DNA of 64,000 bases from Catajapyx aquilonaris (lineage: Eukaryota): contig JYFJ02000264.1 in assembly GCA_000934665.2 (NCBI GenBank), positions 62,001 to 126,000 on the forward strand, written 5' to 3'. Numbering within the stretch: the first letter of the stretch is position 1; every line of letters starts with the position of its first letter. The position numbers were made by a program, and so were the translations under genes. Under the pieces are notes generated by a model, which saw only the letters and a list, made by a program, of their open reading frames with translations, searched no databases and was not told the DNA's origin. Shown one piece after another: positions 44,338-57,715 of this stretch.

Positions 44338-45991
44338 TCACTTGCAAATACATGTTGTTCGCCACCAGGCCACAAAGTCGTTGAAACAGAGAACAAATGC
44401 ATCACGATACGCTCCAACTCTGAAAGTGCAAATTTAATAATTTTTAAAATATTCAAGTCCAAAAGTTACCGTAGTGTTAACACTACTAAATCGGTGTGAT
44501 TTATGAAACACTTACCTGTTGTTTAATAAGATTATATTATTATCGATGACCCACATTCATTACCTGAGCACATAGGAAAAAAAGTCGAACACATTATGAA
44601 GAATGGCGATCAGATGCACGTAGGGGTAGACTGACGGCTTCTCAGAAGTATCCCAAAAACTCAGGTACATGACAACGTAGGGCATGGCTGATACTGTGAA
44701 GGACCCAGCCAGGAACAGGAACAAGATAAGCAAGCGTTGTTCTCTCACCACCAGTTGTGCCTTTGTTGTAGATCCAAGTTCACTGTTTGATCAAATTGAA
44801 GGATTACCAGTAGGCTACCATAGTGATTTTTAAAATATTATCTGGACTTTCTGGAGGCTATATACTCGTACACGTAGAAAGGAACTACTTACGGAATAGT
44901 TGAGATTTCTTTTTGACTAAGCTTTAGTTTGACTACAATGAAAATGAGGGAGGTGACCATAACAGTCCAGGACGTGAGAAATGCCAATCCCACGTAAAGG
45001 TTGATCCGAATCCATGCCGATGATTGGAGCAGAATACATTGGCCGGCTTTGGGACTGTAGCCGAAAGTGCCCTGATCCTGGAGAAATTATATTAAATGTT
45101 GTCAATTACACAACGAGGTATCATAACGGAAAAAGAACTGTTGAAGATGCACATTTCATTTTCCATTCACATGTTTGGAAGCGCCATTGTCGTCATTTTT
45201 TTACATAGCAGATTATAGGCCTTTTATTGTAGCAGGTTATTATATGTAGGCCTGTACCTCAAGGTAGAGGAGCGAAAATGGCAGGAATGAGAAAATCCAT
45301 ATTCCCAAAATTGCTTGCAGGCCGTGGCACTTCAAAAATAACCGTCTGTGGAGAGACTTATTCCATAGCATCAAAGCTCTGAAAGGATAAGATTGCATAA
45401 AGTTTCTTAGCCTGATTCTTTTGACGTGTCCATGAATATTGCCTTGCCTGCAGAGAATAATTGTCGCAAGTGTATTCCACAGTAAAAGTCCCAACGAACA
45501 ACGCAAGAAGGCAAGAAGCTGACAGGAAGTCTCACCATAGATCCAGCCTCCTCGAATGTAAGTTAGGGCAGCCAGTGGAAGAACAAAGGTGCAATACAGG
45601 CAGCTGGAGAGATTCAGGTTCAGCAACAGAATGGTGGTTATTCCCCGAAGTGGGCTGCACAGATTCATATTTCAGCGTCGGGTTAATAAATCCGAATATT
45701 TTAAATTGCTAGGACATGTTAGAGTAAGTTTTCTAAGACAGTAGGGACGAACTTGTAAGGATCCTTGCATTGTCTTCTTGCGTACGGAAGCACAAAAAGA
45801 CACAAAAAGTTCCCTATGCCTCCGAAGGCAGAAATTGTTAACAGATAAGGCACCGCAAAGTTGATAAATGTTTCGGACAAGTCCGGGAAGCAACATATTG
45901 TGTCAGAATACTTTTGAACACAGGCCACAGACACTTGTACAATAGTCCAATTACACAAAAAATCCGAGTTGTTGAAACGAGCTTCCACCAT
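44338..45991 (-). CDS. divergent class A GPCR (Tre1/Moody-like), paralogue A, 6 exons, 350 aa
   Basis: Exons 45991-45753, 45654-45448, 45378-45258, 45077-44893, 44782-44564, 44419-44338 (1053 nt); seven hydrophobic segments, TM1 GN, WIYGETSC, ECL2 FGYSPKAGQC, REQR before TM6, helix 8 YRDAF; intron 2 has a GC donor. Confidence 0.85.
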
Positions 45992-46633
45992 CACTACTGC
46001 AATCTACGCGTATTGGGGCGGCTGATTATTATTATTATCGGAATACAGCATGCACGCAGTATATGTGCTGCCACTGAATGTGCACAGTGTTGCTTTGTAT
46101 GTACACTGGGTGTTAGGCAAGTGTTTCATTGTGGACAGTATCCTGCATTAAGTCAGTAAGCAGGATGTAAAAGAAACTACAAATAAGTGGATGTCCTATA
46201 CTGCTGTATATCAAGAGCTAGCCCTTGTGTATATAAGTATAGAAATGAAAGGAGAATCTGCTTTATGCCATTATGACAATGGTTGCTCATTACTATCACA
46301 AATATATACAGTATTTAGGCTTCGTGAGGGGATACACAATCATGATATACTCGTAACTGGTTTGTTAACGTAACTTATTGCTAGCATTCAATGCAATGCT
46401 AAAGCTAAGGCAGTAGGGGGGAAGGGGCGGCAAGGGGAAGGGGAATGGGACAAACCGACAAACCTTCCCCTTTATGTAATTGTATAAAAATACCATATCG
46501 ATTTCCTTTACCTACATTTAACACGTTACCTATTACCGCTATTGGCAGGATGTTAGTCGTGACCATGTCGTGACAGTCAGAATTTAATGGGTCTTAAATG
46601 AATCAGAACACTGCACTGTCCTGCTAAACCATT

Positions 46634-48404
46634 TTATTTCAATGACAAGGCACCATACAATTTTCTTTTCATGGACGTTAAGAAGAATATCAGTGCACTT
46701 CGGTAGTAACTGGTTCTGAAAGAAGCAGTCATTCCGTGTCAGTACTCAGTAATAGGTCATAACATTAGCCATATTTTTTAATACCTAAGAAAGTAGATGC
46801 AGAAGCTGATAACCACATGAGTTGTTGCTAAGATATGCATGTAGGAGAAAGCTGTGCTGCTGGAATTCTCCCAGCAGCACAAGTAAGTGAGGACAACAGG
46901 TAGTATTGGCAGTATGAATCCCACTGCCAACAATGTAAACACCAGAGCCATTCTCCTCTCTCTTGCGAGTAACTGCTCTCTTGTTGATAAACTCACGTCT
47001 CTACATATTACTTACATGTACATATTACATATATATACATCACTAACATCAGTAACGACAATGACAAAGTGAATTAAATACGCTACTTACGCAACTGACG
47101 TGACTTCTTTTCTGCTGCGATGAAGTTTGATCCACAGTAGGACAAAGGATATGACAGTGACAAAAAATGGTATCATATCTGAGATTCCTACTGTCAAGTA
47201 AGCTCTTTCGCTCTTTCCAGGCATGATCATGCACTGACCAAGCCTGGCATTGTAACCGAACGTTATGTCGTCCTGTAGAAAATGTAAGAAGAGCAGACTT
47301 TAAAAATATATTTTTTTTTGTGTGACTCACTTGAAAATTGCCAGAAGATGACGGACAAAATACTGTACATTATGACATCACTTTATGCTGCCGCGTTTCA
47401 AAGGAAAGTACCGTTTGGCTGTATAAATTCGTGAACGCTTTTACACAATAGCCAATATCACACAATAGCATACATTTTTGTTTTTGCAACTAATGGACAC
47501 AAATAAAATGCTTTTAGGAGCATATTTCGGACCAATATTGCAACAGACGGAGGAGTATTGGCAGCGAGATAGCTTTCCATAGGATTTTAAATATACGATG
47601 CCACTGTTTGGTTGAAAAATGCTTTGCTTTTGACGGTTTTTCCAAGACACCTAAGATACATACGTACATTCAGAAAAAGCAGGGCATATGCGATGAAAGA
47701 TATTGCCCACAGGCACGCTATTGCCGGAACACCTCCTATTGTTTCGAACGCTATTTTATAAGCAAATGGAGACCAGTTATGAAGAGCGCTGTAATCATGA
47801 GGAGCTAATTACTGTCACTCTACAATATGTTAATGGCATTATTTATAAGTAGGTGAAAAGTACTCACCTGCTAAAAATCATAGTAGCCACGTTATTCCAA
47901 CTTGTCATTGTTAATGTGCGACGTGTGTAAGCCATTACATGACATAGCGTATGTCCATATGGCCAACTACGGTGAATATAGGTCATCCCAATAAGTGGAA
48001 GGATAAAGCAGCAATATATGACTTCGGAAAAACTGTAGCTGATGAGCAAGAGCGTGCTGAAATTTCGCCCATCACTGAAAACATTTTGCATAATGTGTGT
48101 TAGTCCATTGCTAACTACAAAGGGTATACGCCAACCTAACCGTACTGCACCTGATTCCTGACTCCTTGAAGTGATATTTCCAGGCATAAGTAAGTACTCC
48201 CAAGTTGAGCAAGTTCTCCACGGTACCGACCACAGCTATCAATAGGTAAAACACTGACGCAAACTGAATGAAGTGATCCGAGAATCCAGGATAGCAACAT
48301 TGGGGTATAACTACCAAGTCGAGACATGCCTCTGACAAATTTGCACCATTGTTAGAGCACCACAAAGAACTGTTATGTAAGGCAGGGATCGGATCAGGTG
48401 CCAT
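46634..48404 (-). CDS. divergent class A GPCR, paralogue B, 6 exons
   Basis: MAPDPIPALHNSS start; same intron positions and phases as A; WPYGHTLC, FGYNARLGQC, RERRM, YYRSAL; frame open across all six exons. Confidence 0.87.
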
Positions 48405-48789
48405 GTCTGTGCCCCTATACTAAACTGCACTAATTGTTTCATTTTGAAATGCGCAATAAAATGTGTAGCTGTTGAGCAGGATGTGCTCCCAGGCGTTGAA
48501 AAAGTACAATAGTTGAGTTGTCGGAAATGAAAATTAATGATGCATAAAGTTTATAAATAACCTAAGTTAATGAACTATATTCGTTGACTGTTGCACTTTC
48601 AAAGTGACAGAGCTATTGCATTCGCAGGGATCATGCAGGGCATTTATGATAGTCACCTGAATACTGGCAAACCTCCAAAGTCGGGCCATGCAGGGTGTTT
48701 CATAAATATTTAGAAAAGCTTATACGTTGGTCTCCTTCGCACCAGAGAATCACTCCAGCCATGTTTATAGCTGGGTTGGAAGCCAATTT

Positions 48790-48865
48790 ATTTATTCATT
48801 CATTTTAAATTTTTCTTTTGAATACCCCGTGATAGGGGGAGACCCTCTTGGGGGGACAGATCCAC
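48790..48865 (-). mobile_element. isolated 3' end of the SINE (or its partner LINE)
   Basis: Minus strand CCCCCCAAGAGGGTCTCCCCCTATCACGGGGTA plus A-rich tail shares the TATCACGGGGTA terminus with both full SINE copies. Confidence 0.55.
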
Positions 48866-49902
48866 AAAAACAATGAAGAATGTATACAAAGCAAGAAAAA
48901 GTAACGAAACGCGAGAAAAAAGGGTACTACATGTGATATGCGTGACGCGACATGTGATAAACTTTTATAATGTACTTTTTATTTGTGAATCATTTCAGTA
49001 AGACAGTAACAATAGGTGTTGAGCTCAACTACTGACATCTATCTCTCTTAAAGTGAATAATAATATATGGTGCCCATGTGCCAATAGTTTTCTCTTCATT
49101 CGTCTGAATCATTCTAATCACCGTTTGTGCGGGTGCTGCATTTTTTTTTGGGGGGGGGGGGGGAATATCCCTGTTGTGATTACTATTAAATCCATTAATT
49201 TTGTCTTATTAAGAAAACCTGATATGATTCTAAATATTGGAGGGACGTTTCTATTGTCGTCAACTATAGTGAGTTATAGTCTACAAGTAGTTTCCGGTTG
49301 GAAGCATTGTGTTTCCGTATGATTGGGCACCAGCTTATCGCTCAAACAGTTTTTGCTTGAGAAGGATTTTCTGTACATAAAACTACATAATCTCTATTTT
49401 TAGAGCCACGTCTCACTTCTCACAAGTGCTGCGTTCAAAGAGTGATTATAATTATTCTTCATATAAGGATTAAATTAATTACTAGTTCCTGGTAGAGTCG
49501 TTCATGAAACCGTGTCATATAATTATGGTAATACTTTTGGTGTGCATGTGATTGGGTATAGTATAGGAGGGAAAATGCTTGGAACGTTGGATCTTCATTT
49601 TAGTTTTTATAGTAATGGTGAATGAGGCTCCAAGTGGTTTTCCAAGTACTAATAGGCCATTACATATTGTCATAGCTAGTTTGATAGTATAGGGAACAAG
49701 TAACATAGCAGTCAAATGCAGGAAAATAGCATGTTGTTGGAAATGAAGCAGCCCGGATTGATATCAGTTGTGAAGGGGAGACTGAAGAATGTAATATTCT
49801 CTCAGGAGTCTATGCAAGCAGAAAGTATATTGCCACCATTGCAAGGTTTAATAATAAAGTCAATCAGCAACTCGTATTTAAAAAAAATGCTGTAGTGTTT
49901 TA

Positions 49903-51544
49903 TTACGAATCATCCGTTTGTGTGGAAATAAAATTGCGAAATCTTCTTTTGGTATCGTTGAGAAAAAACTTAATCGCACTTCGGTAATAGTTGACTCTGA
50001 AAAGCAAGGTAAAAAATTAACTGCAACATTAAATATTTAGATTATGTCAATTATTTACAACGGTTATCGCGCAATGGATATTAAAATACATGCCACATGA
50101 GTTCCATAAATTAACTGCCATTTCATTGATATGGTTATTTCCACAATCTCTATATGCGCTTATTTTGCACTTGCCCATCAAAGAAATACGGTATGTTGAA
50201 GATAAATGTGTTTGTGTTGTTAAGCAGTATTAAGTTAATTTGAGTTCCCTAAAAGAAAGTGACACATACACACACGATAAGGTATGAATATGACTTACCT
50301 CATAAAATAGACCCAAAAGTCTATAATCACGTGGCTCATGGCTAGAGCGTGCACATATGCGAAGTAAACTGCATAAGAATTTGTCCAGCAACAGAATACT
50401 AATATGATGGCAGGCAGTACTGGGAGAAGGAAGGAGAGTGCCAGAGCTGCAAACAAAACAGCGGTCCTTCTCTCCCTGATTAACAGCTGTTCCACTGTGG
50501 AATGTCCCACCTCACTGGAAGGAAATATTGAGTCAGAGCTTGGTCAGAGGAACGTTTAATATCGGGATGGCCATTTCTGGAACTTACCCAAATGAAGCCA
50601 CTGTTTTTCTACTGCACCACATCTTGATCCAGAGAAATATAAATGATATAATGGTGACGAAAAAGGGAAAGATATCAAGTAATCCCACCACGACGCTTGC
50701 TAACTTGCTTTGTCCAGGAATGATCATGCATTGACCAATCACATAGTTGTATCCAAAAGTTACTTCACCCTGAAGAAAAGGATATGACTGTGTAGGTTTT
50801 CTTTTTACATAATGTGGTCAATACAATGACTCCCGCAGATATGCTCACATCAGCAAATAGAATTAAACAAGTCATCCATGATATAATCCACAAGCATGCG
50901 ATGGCTGGTAAACCTCCCATGGTCCTGAATATGACTTGATAAACAGTCGGAATCCACAAGTGGAGCGCACTGAATTGAAATATTTCATCTTACTAGTTAG
51001 TACAGTGTCATTACTTAGTGATCTACTCCGTCACTCACCTACTAAATATCATAGTTGTCACGGTGCTCCAACTAGTCATCCCTAATGCTTGACGTAGATA
51101 AGCTTGTATAATGCATAAGGTATTGCCATACCGCCATCCCCGGTTAATATAAGTCATTGCTATTAATACCAGCGAAAATGAGCAGTACGTAAATTCAGAT
51201 ACACTGTAGCTTATAAGTAGTAGAGTGTTGAAGCTCCTGCCATGGCTGTAAATGACACGATTCATTACACCCTATGGAGAAACAGTGAAATGAATGTATT
51301 ACCTGTACGAGTCGCTGTATCGACACAGCCAAGCATAGCTCAAAACTATGATGTTGAGTAAGTTTCCCAGACTTCCGATAACAGACACAATCACATAATA
51401 AACCGACGCAAACAAGACGAAGGCAAGGGAAAAATTCGGAAAGCAGCACGTTGGTATAGGATCTAACTCCACACATGTTTTCGACAAGTTCACAGTTTCA
51501 CCACTACACTCGGCAGAAATTTCTAGCAGAGTATTATTGTTCAT
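49903..51544 (-). CDS. divergent class A GPCR, paralogue C, 6 exons
   Basis: MNNNTLLEISAEC start; LGNLLN, WRYGNTLC, FGYNYVIGQC, RERRT, DFWVY, YYRSAI; phases consistent. Confidence 0.87.
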
Positions 51545-51952
51545 AGGGAACCCCGCACGATGCTGCCACTGATATTGCACCTTTGACAATGGCCTTTGCC
51601 CAGCAGTTGACGTTTGTCGTCAGCAGTTGCGTGTGAAAGAGAAGGATGCTAAAAACAATGCCGGATGGCGTAACTCAAATAATTGATACACCCAATAGTT
51701 CGTACTTCTCATTGTGATAGTGTAGCGGATTACATTATGATTGTGTGTAACGAGTAAAGTAATTATTGCTGCAGTTTGATTTTTAAAATGGAGGAAGAAT
51801 TGATGTCCAATGATGCACCTGAGACGGTCTATCGCAATCGCATCTATATGCTTCGATCTGATTATAATCATTGCATTCTAGATCGAACTACGTGGTCTGT
51901 TCCTTCAACTTGTTATTGCACGAGTGGCAGTGTGGATTTAAATGACGTCTTT

Positions 51953-53544
51953 TTAGCACAGGGGAGGAATTCTATGTGTTTTTCTGCTCATATCGGTGAA
52001 GAAAAACTTCAACGCGCTGCGGTAGTAACTCAATCTGTGAAACAGAAGCAATTATTATGTTAATGATGTTGTCATACTTCAAAGGCTAGGGAAATTACCT
52101 AACGAAATATACGAAAAAGTCGATTATGACATGGGTTGTTGATATGACATGCGCATACGTAAAAATAGACTTGTGGGAATCTTTCCAGCAGCAATATTCT
52201 ACAATCACAACTGGCATAACGGGTAGAATAAGAGAAAGTGCCAGAAATACAAACAAGCGTGCCATCCTTCGCTCTCGAATTAATAGTTGCTCCATTGTGG
52301 AACTTGCCACTTCTCTGTAACACAAAGTGCTATCAACATATATGGATAAAATATCTGTAAAGTCTTTTAAAAATAATGCTACTTACTGAACAGATGATAT
52401 TGATTTTCTGCTTTTCCTCATTTTGATCCATAGAAATATGAAAGAAACGAGAGTAAGGACAAAAGGAACACTGTCGCAGAGTCCCACGACGATGTTGGCT
52501 GTTTTACTCTGTCCAGCCATGATCATGCATTGCCCGTCCGATATGCTGTATCCTAATGTTACCTGATGCTGGATGAGATTGACATTGTAAAATATGTTTC
52601 TAGCTCCAGTTTCAACCTTTACTATTGCAAAGAATGCCATTATTAATATTTGCCTCAATAAGTCTGAATAATTTTGAAAGCTTGCTTTTTGGCATTTTAA
52701 AATAGTCCTTGAATGTTAAAACAAGTAGTACGTTATACAGGATGGTCCATACTGATGGTAGCTGGATGGTAGCCTACTTCAGATCGCCATATTGCACTAT
52801 ATTATTGGTGTGCTATTTACTTCCTCACATATCACAAGAGATACAATAAGTATACTCACGCTAAGAAAGAGCAGCAGATATGTTGTTAGGGATATAATCC
52901 ATAAAATTGCAATTGCTGGTCCACCATCCATAGTTTCAAAGAGCACGCGATATACAGACGGGTGCCACAAATGTAAAGCCCTGCAGAAAATGTTATTGAT
53001 TCATGACTTATTATGGGCCTGACTGCCTCTTCTCAAACCTGCTTAGTATCATGGTCGTCACAATGTTCCAACTTGTAAATCCTAGTGTGTGTCTAGTGTA
53101 GGCCTGAATATAACAGACGGTTCTGCCATAAACCCATCCTCGATTTAGATACGTCATTCCCATCAGCGAGAGGGAAAATGAGCAGTATCCAAATTCGGAC
53201 ACACTGTAGCTGATGAGCAGAAGAGTGCTGAAGTTTCGTCCATCACTGAAAGACACATCTTACTCGAGTGAAACAAATCACTGGTAATGAAAATAAGAGC
53301 CTTACCTGTATGAATCAGTAAAATGACGCTGCCAAGCGTATATCAAAACAATGATATTTAGCAAGTTTTCAAGGCTTCCCACAATGGCGATTGTAATGTA
53401 ATACACTGTCGCGAACTGGATAAAATAGGGCGAGTATTCCGGAAAACAACAAGGCTCTGGGTGATACAACTCGACACACGCTTCAGACAAGCCATGACTT
53501 GTGTCGTTGCTCCATTTCGTGTTGTTTTGGACACTAGAGCACAT
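51953..53544 (-). CDS. divergent class A GPCR, paralogue D, 6 exons
   Basis: MCSSVQNNTKW start (inferred); LENLLN, WVYGRTVC, LGYSISDGQC, RERRM, DFFVY, YYRSAL; phases consistent. Confidence 0.87.
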
Positions 53545-54192
53545 GGTTGGGAGCACTGATATAGTATGTGTGGTCTTGGCCTGGTCTACACTTAATGTTG
53601 CTAGATGTGTATGTCTGAGTACGTGAAGCACGTGAAGGGTGACAAGGTTGCGAAACAATGGTGTGTAGGTGTCAACAAAACTCATCTGATTGCTATTAAA
53701 TTATTTCATAAGCGGCGGATGAGCCTAATATTAAGATGGTTGGTAAGCAGAACGGATACAATGCGATGTAGTCATTGTGTCACTATATTTTACAATAATA
53801 GTCATCGACGTAATAGACTAAGCCGCCTGATGATGTCGCTAGGCCGATGTAGGTTATATCATATATACGATGGAATTGCTTAATCGTTATGTTACTTTGC
53901 TTCAACGTAAAATTAATATTTCAATTAATATAATATTAATATTAATATTGCAAAATTGTACAAACTAACAAAAACGCATCTTTGCGTTGCACAACTACGA
54001 GCCATTATTTCAAGAACCCTTCTGATGGTTGTATACTGCGAGCAAACATTTTTTTCCATTTTTTGGGATACTTAACTGATTATTATCGGAGGCCATGAGG
54101 CGTCACATGTCACATGTCTATTGATTGGTCACCAGAGACAGAATAAGTGGCGCGTTAGGTGAATCAGAAAAATGTCATGCACAAACAATGAC

Positions 54193-55757
54193 TTAACTGA
54201 CAATATTCAATTTTCTCTTCACGGTCGATAAGAAAAATATAAATGCACTTCGGTAATAACTGATCCTGAAATAAACAGAATTTGTCAGTATTTAGGAATA
54301 TGTCACAACATAAGCTACATCACCTAAGAAAGTAGACGCAGAAGTTTATCACCACATTATTTGTTGCTACGACATGTACGTAGGAGAAAACTGTGCTGCT
54401 GGAATTCTTCCAGCAGCAGAAATAACTGACGACAACAGGTAGTAATGGCAGTATGAACGACGCAGCTAAAAGTGTAAATAGCACAGCCATTCTCCGCTCT
54501 CTTGCGAGTAACTGCTCTCTTGTTGATAAACTCACATCGCTACATAAATCATGTTATGAAATTAACTTCAACAACAACAATATGAATTAATTACGCTACT
54601 TACGCTACTGACGTGATTCCTTTTCTACTGCGATAAAGTTTGACCCAGAGTAGGACAAAGGATATGACAGTGACGAAAAATGGTACCAGGTCTGAGAGTC
54701 CTACTACCAAATTAGCCGTATCGCTCTTTCCAGGCATGATCATGCACTGACCAAGCGTAACATTGTAACCGAACGTTACATCTTTCTGTGGAAATATAAA
54801 GAAGAGAAGCTTTTAAAAATAGTTTTTGTCACTTTAATACCTGGAAACCCAGAATATGGCTGACAAAATACTGTACATTACAACACAATTTATAACTTAT
54901 AATTTATAAACTTGTATCGACGGAATATATTACGGTATGCGTTGGTAAGGTGACTGGAATATAAAGTAATAATTTTTTAAAATATTTTTTACTATCCAAT
55001 CATTTGAAAGATACTCACGTCCAGAAAAAGCAGTACGTACACGATGAAAGATATTGCCCATAGGCACACTATTGCCGGAACACCTCCCATTGTTTCAAAC
55101 GTTATTCTATAAGCAAATGGACACCAGCTATGAAGAGCTCTGGAATAGTAAAAGTCGAATAAATTAATCTCACACATTCAATGTCACATTTATAGATGGT
55201 GAAAGGTACACACCTGCTAAAAATCATAGCAGCCACTGTATTCCAACTTGTCAGTCCTAAAGTGCGACGTGTGTAAGCCATAACTGAACATAGCGTATGT
55301 CCATATGGCCAACCACGGTGAATATAGGTCATCCCAATGAGTGGAAGAATGAAACAGCAATATATCATTTCAGAGCAACTGTAGCTAATTAGCAGGAGCG
55401 TATTGAAATTTCGCCCATCACTGAAAACATTTTGTACACTGTGTAAATGCACAACTAACTACAAAAAGTATACATCAATATACAGTAAAAAGTAGGCCTA
55501 CTGTACCTTAGTGATGTCTCACTGAAGTGATATTTCCAGGCGAAAGAAAGTACTATCAAATTGAGCAAATTCTCCACAGTACCTATAACACCTATGAGTA
55601 GGTAAAACACTGACGCAAACTTGATGAAGTGATCCGAGAATCCTGGATAGCAACATGAGGGAATAACTACTAAATCTAGACATGCCTCTGACAGATTGGC
55701 ACTATTGTTAGAGCACCACGAAGAACTGTTATGTAAGGCAGGAATCGGAGGTACCAT
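54193..55757 (-). CDS. divergent class A GPCR, paralogue E, 6 exons (closest to B)
   Basis: MVPPIPALHNSS start; WPYGHTLC, FGYNVTLGQC, RERRM, NFCVY, YYRSAF; phases consistent. Confidence 0.87.
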
Positions 55758-56294
55758 GTTTGTTCCCACACTAAACGGCACTAAATTTTTGTTATTGAAA
55801 TGTGAACTAGAATACTAGATAATGAATAGCTGAGGTGTCAGGATGTGCGCCAAGGTATAGTATACAATAGTGATGAGATGTCAGAAATTAAATGACGCGT
55901 AAAGTTGGCGCGAAACAAAAGTTAATGAACCTTTTATTGGATGTTGTATTTTCAGAGTGACCTCTGTTTTTTTGACTGATGGGACATGCCAAGCATGATT
56001 TTTTTAAAGTCACCTGTCTCCTGCCAACGGAAATATTCAAGGTCAGTTACTGTAGAGGGTTGAGTCAGAGTGTGATCTCCAGGGCACCAGAGGATCACTT
56101 TATGCATGTTTTTGGCTGTATTGGGAAACTTTTTGAGAATGATTTAATGAATATTATTGCATTTTCTACCAGTATAGAGGTTTTATTTCATCTCCGCAGC
56201 CACGTTATTGGTTTCAAGCTCAAGTAGCAAAATATTCATAATATTCATAATAATAATAACAATAATAATTTTATCATTTTATTTCATATCATTT

Positions 56295-57715
56295 TTACAA
56301 ATAACTACTTGAAAAGCTTCCTCTAACTCGCAAGTAAATACTTCTGAATAAGTACACAAATGCACTTCGGTACCCGTTGATTCTGAAGTTAGAAAATTGA
56401 TTTAAGATGTATGAAAATGCTTGCTAATAGAGTAATGCCAACCTGAGGTAATAGATGAAGAAGTCAATGATGACGTGTATGGAGTATCCCATGTGAAAGT
56501 ACGGATAGTACTGTTGCTTACTTTTGTTCCAGAAAAATATGTACATTATAATCCGTGGCGTTGCCGGAAGAATGAAACATGCAGCAACAAGGCAAAAGGA
56601 TGTTATCATTTTGTATTCTCTCTTTAGCAAAGCATAGGATGTGGACGCTCCTACTTGTCTGAAACAATAACAATTTGAAATAATATGTGGACACAAATTA
56701 TTTAAATTCGAGTAGGCTACTGCAGACTTACTCAATTGAAGAAATACTGCATCTACTAGATCTCACTTTAATCCATATTAAAATGAGTGAGGCTATCGTA
56801 ATTAGGTAAGGAAACAAAGTACAGAATGCGACTAATATGTTGGCGTGCTCTTTCGCTCCGGGCATTATCATGCAATTGCCTGCTGAAGCACTGTACCCAA
56901 ATGAAACATAATCCTGTGGAAAACAATATTTCACTCGTAAGAAAAATAGTGGCAGGTTTTCTGCCACTTAACTTACTGCCGAGTAAAAAAATGCATCTCT
57001 TGTAAGGGACATAATCCATATGAAACAGAGTGCCGGTACTCCCTTAAATGTTTTAAACATTTTGGCATATGCAGATGGATGCCAGAGCTGTACTGATCTG
57101 AAAATGGTTACAAATACATTGTTCATGTATGTATTTTACAGACATGCAGTTTGAATACCGTGTACAGGAGTTATGTTTCAAGCTGAAAAATATTCTTACT
57201 TGCTTAAAATAATGGCCGTTACTGTGTAAATGTTGACGGCTGCAAATGATCTTCCGAAATACGCCATAATTGCACAAAGTGTCTTCCCATAGTACCATCC
57301 ATTGTTGATATAAGTCATCGCAACCAGAGGAAGCACGAAAGAACAGTAGCAGAAATCAGAGACGCTTAAACCAGCAAGTAGGAGTGTCGTGAAATTCCGA
57401 AAGTCTCTGAAATGTATTCAAAGCACTGAAAGTTTTTCATACACATATTGCTTGACTCCGTACTTACCTGAAATTGCTGCAAGATCGGTTTTGCCAAGCA
57501 TATGTGAGGGCAGCTATGTTCACTAAATTTCCGGCGCTTCCGAGAACAGCAAGAGTATAGTAATAAATGGAGGCAAATCGTACAAAATCAGGTGAAGACC
57601 CGAAAGCATAGCAGCATGATGAAACAGGATCAATAGCCACACATGATGCCGAGAAATCTTTCTTTTCGTGACACCACGACGCAGAAAGATTGTTATGCTC
57701 ACCAGGAGAAAACAT
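56295..57715 (-). CDS. divergent class A GPCR, paralogue F, 6 exons
   Basis: MFSPGEHNNLS start (an upstream in-frame ATG at 57766 is possible); AGNLVN, LSVSD, WYYGKTLC, FGYSASAGNC, KREYK, DFFIY, GYRSAF. Confidence 0.86.

Noticed and set aside
48038..48070. CTGATGAG hammerhead-like core (also at about 39397 and 53210)
   Set aside because: Lies antisense to GPCR coding exons or lacks the stem II/GAAA and flanking stems
44338..57715. Opsin identity for the 7TM array
   Set aside because: No lysine at the retinal-binding TM7 position in any paralogue
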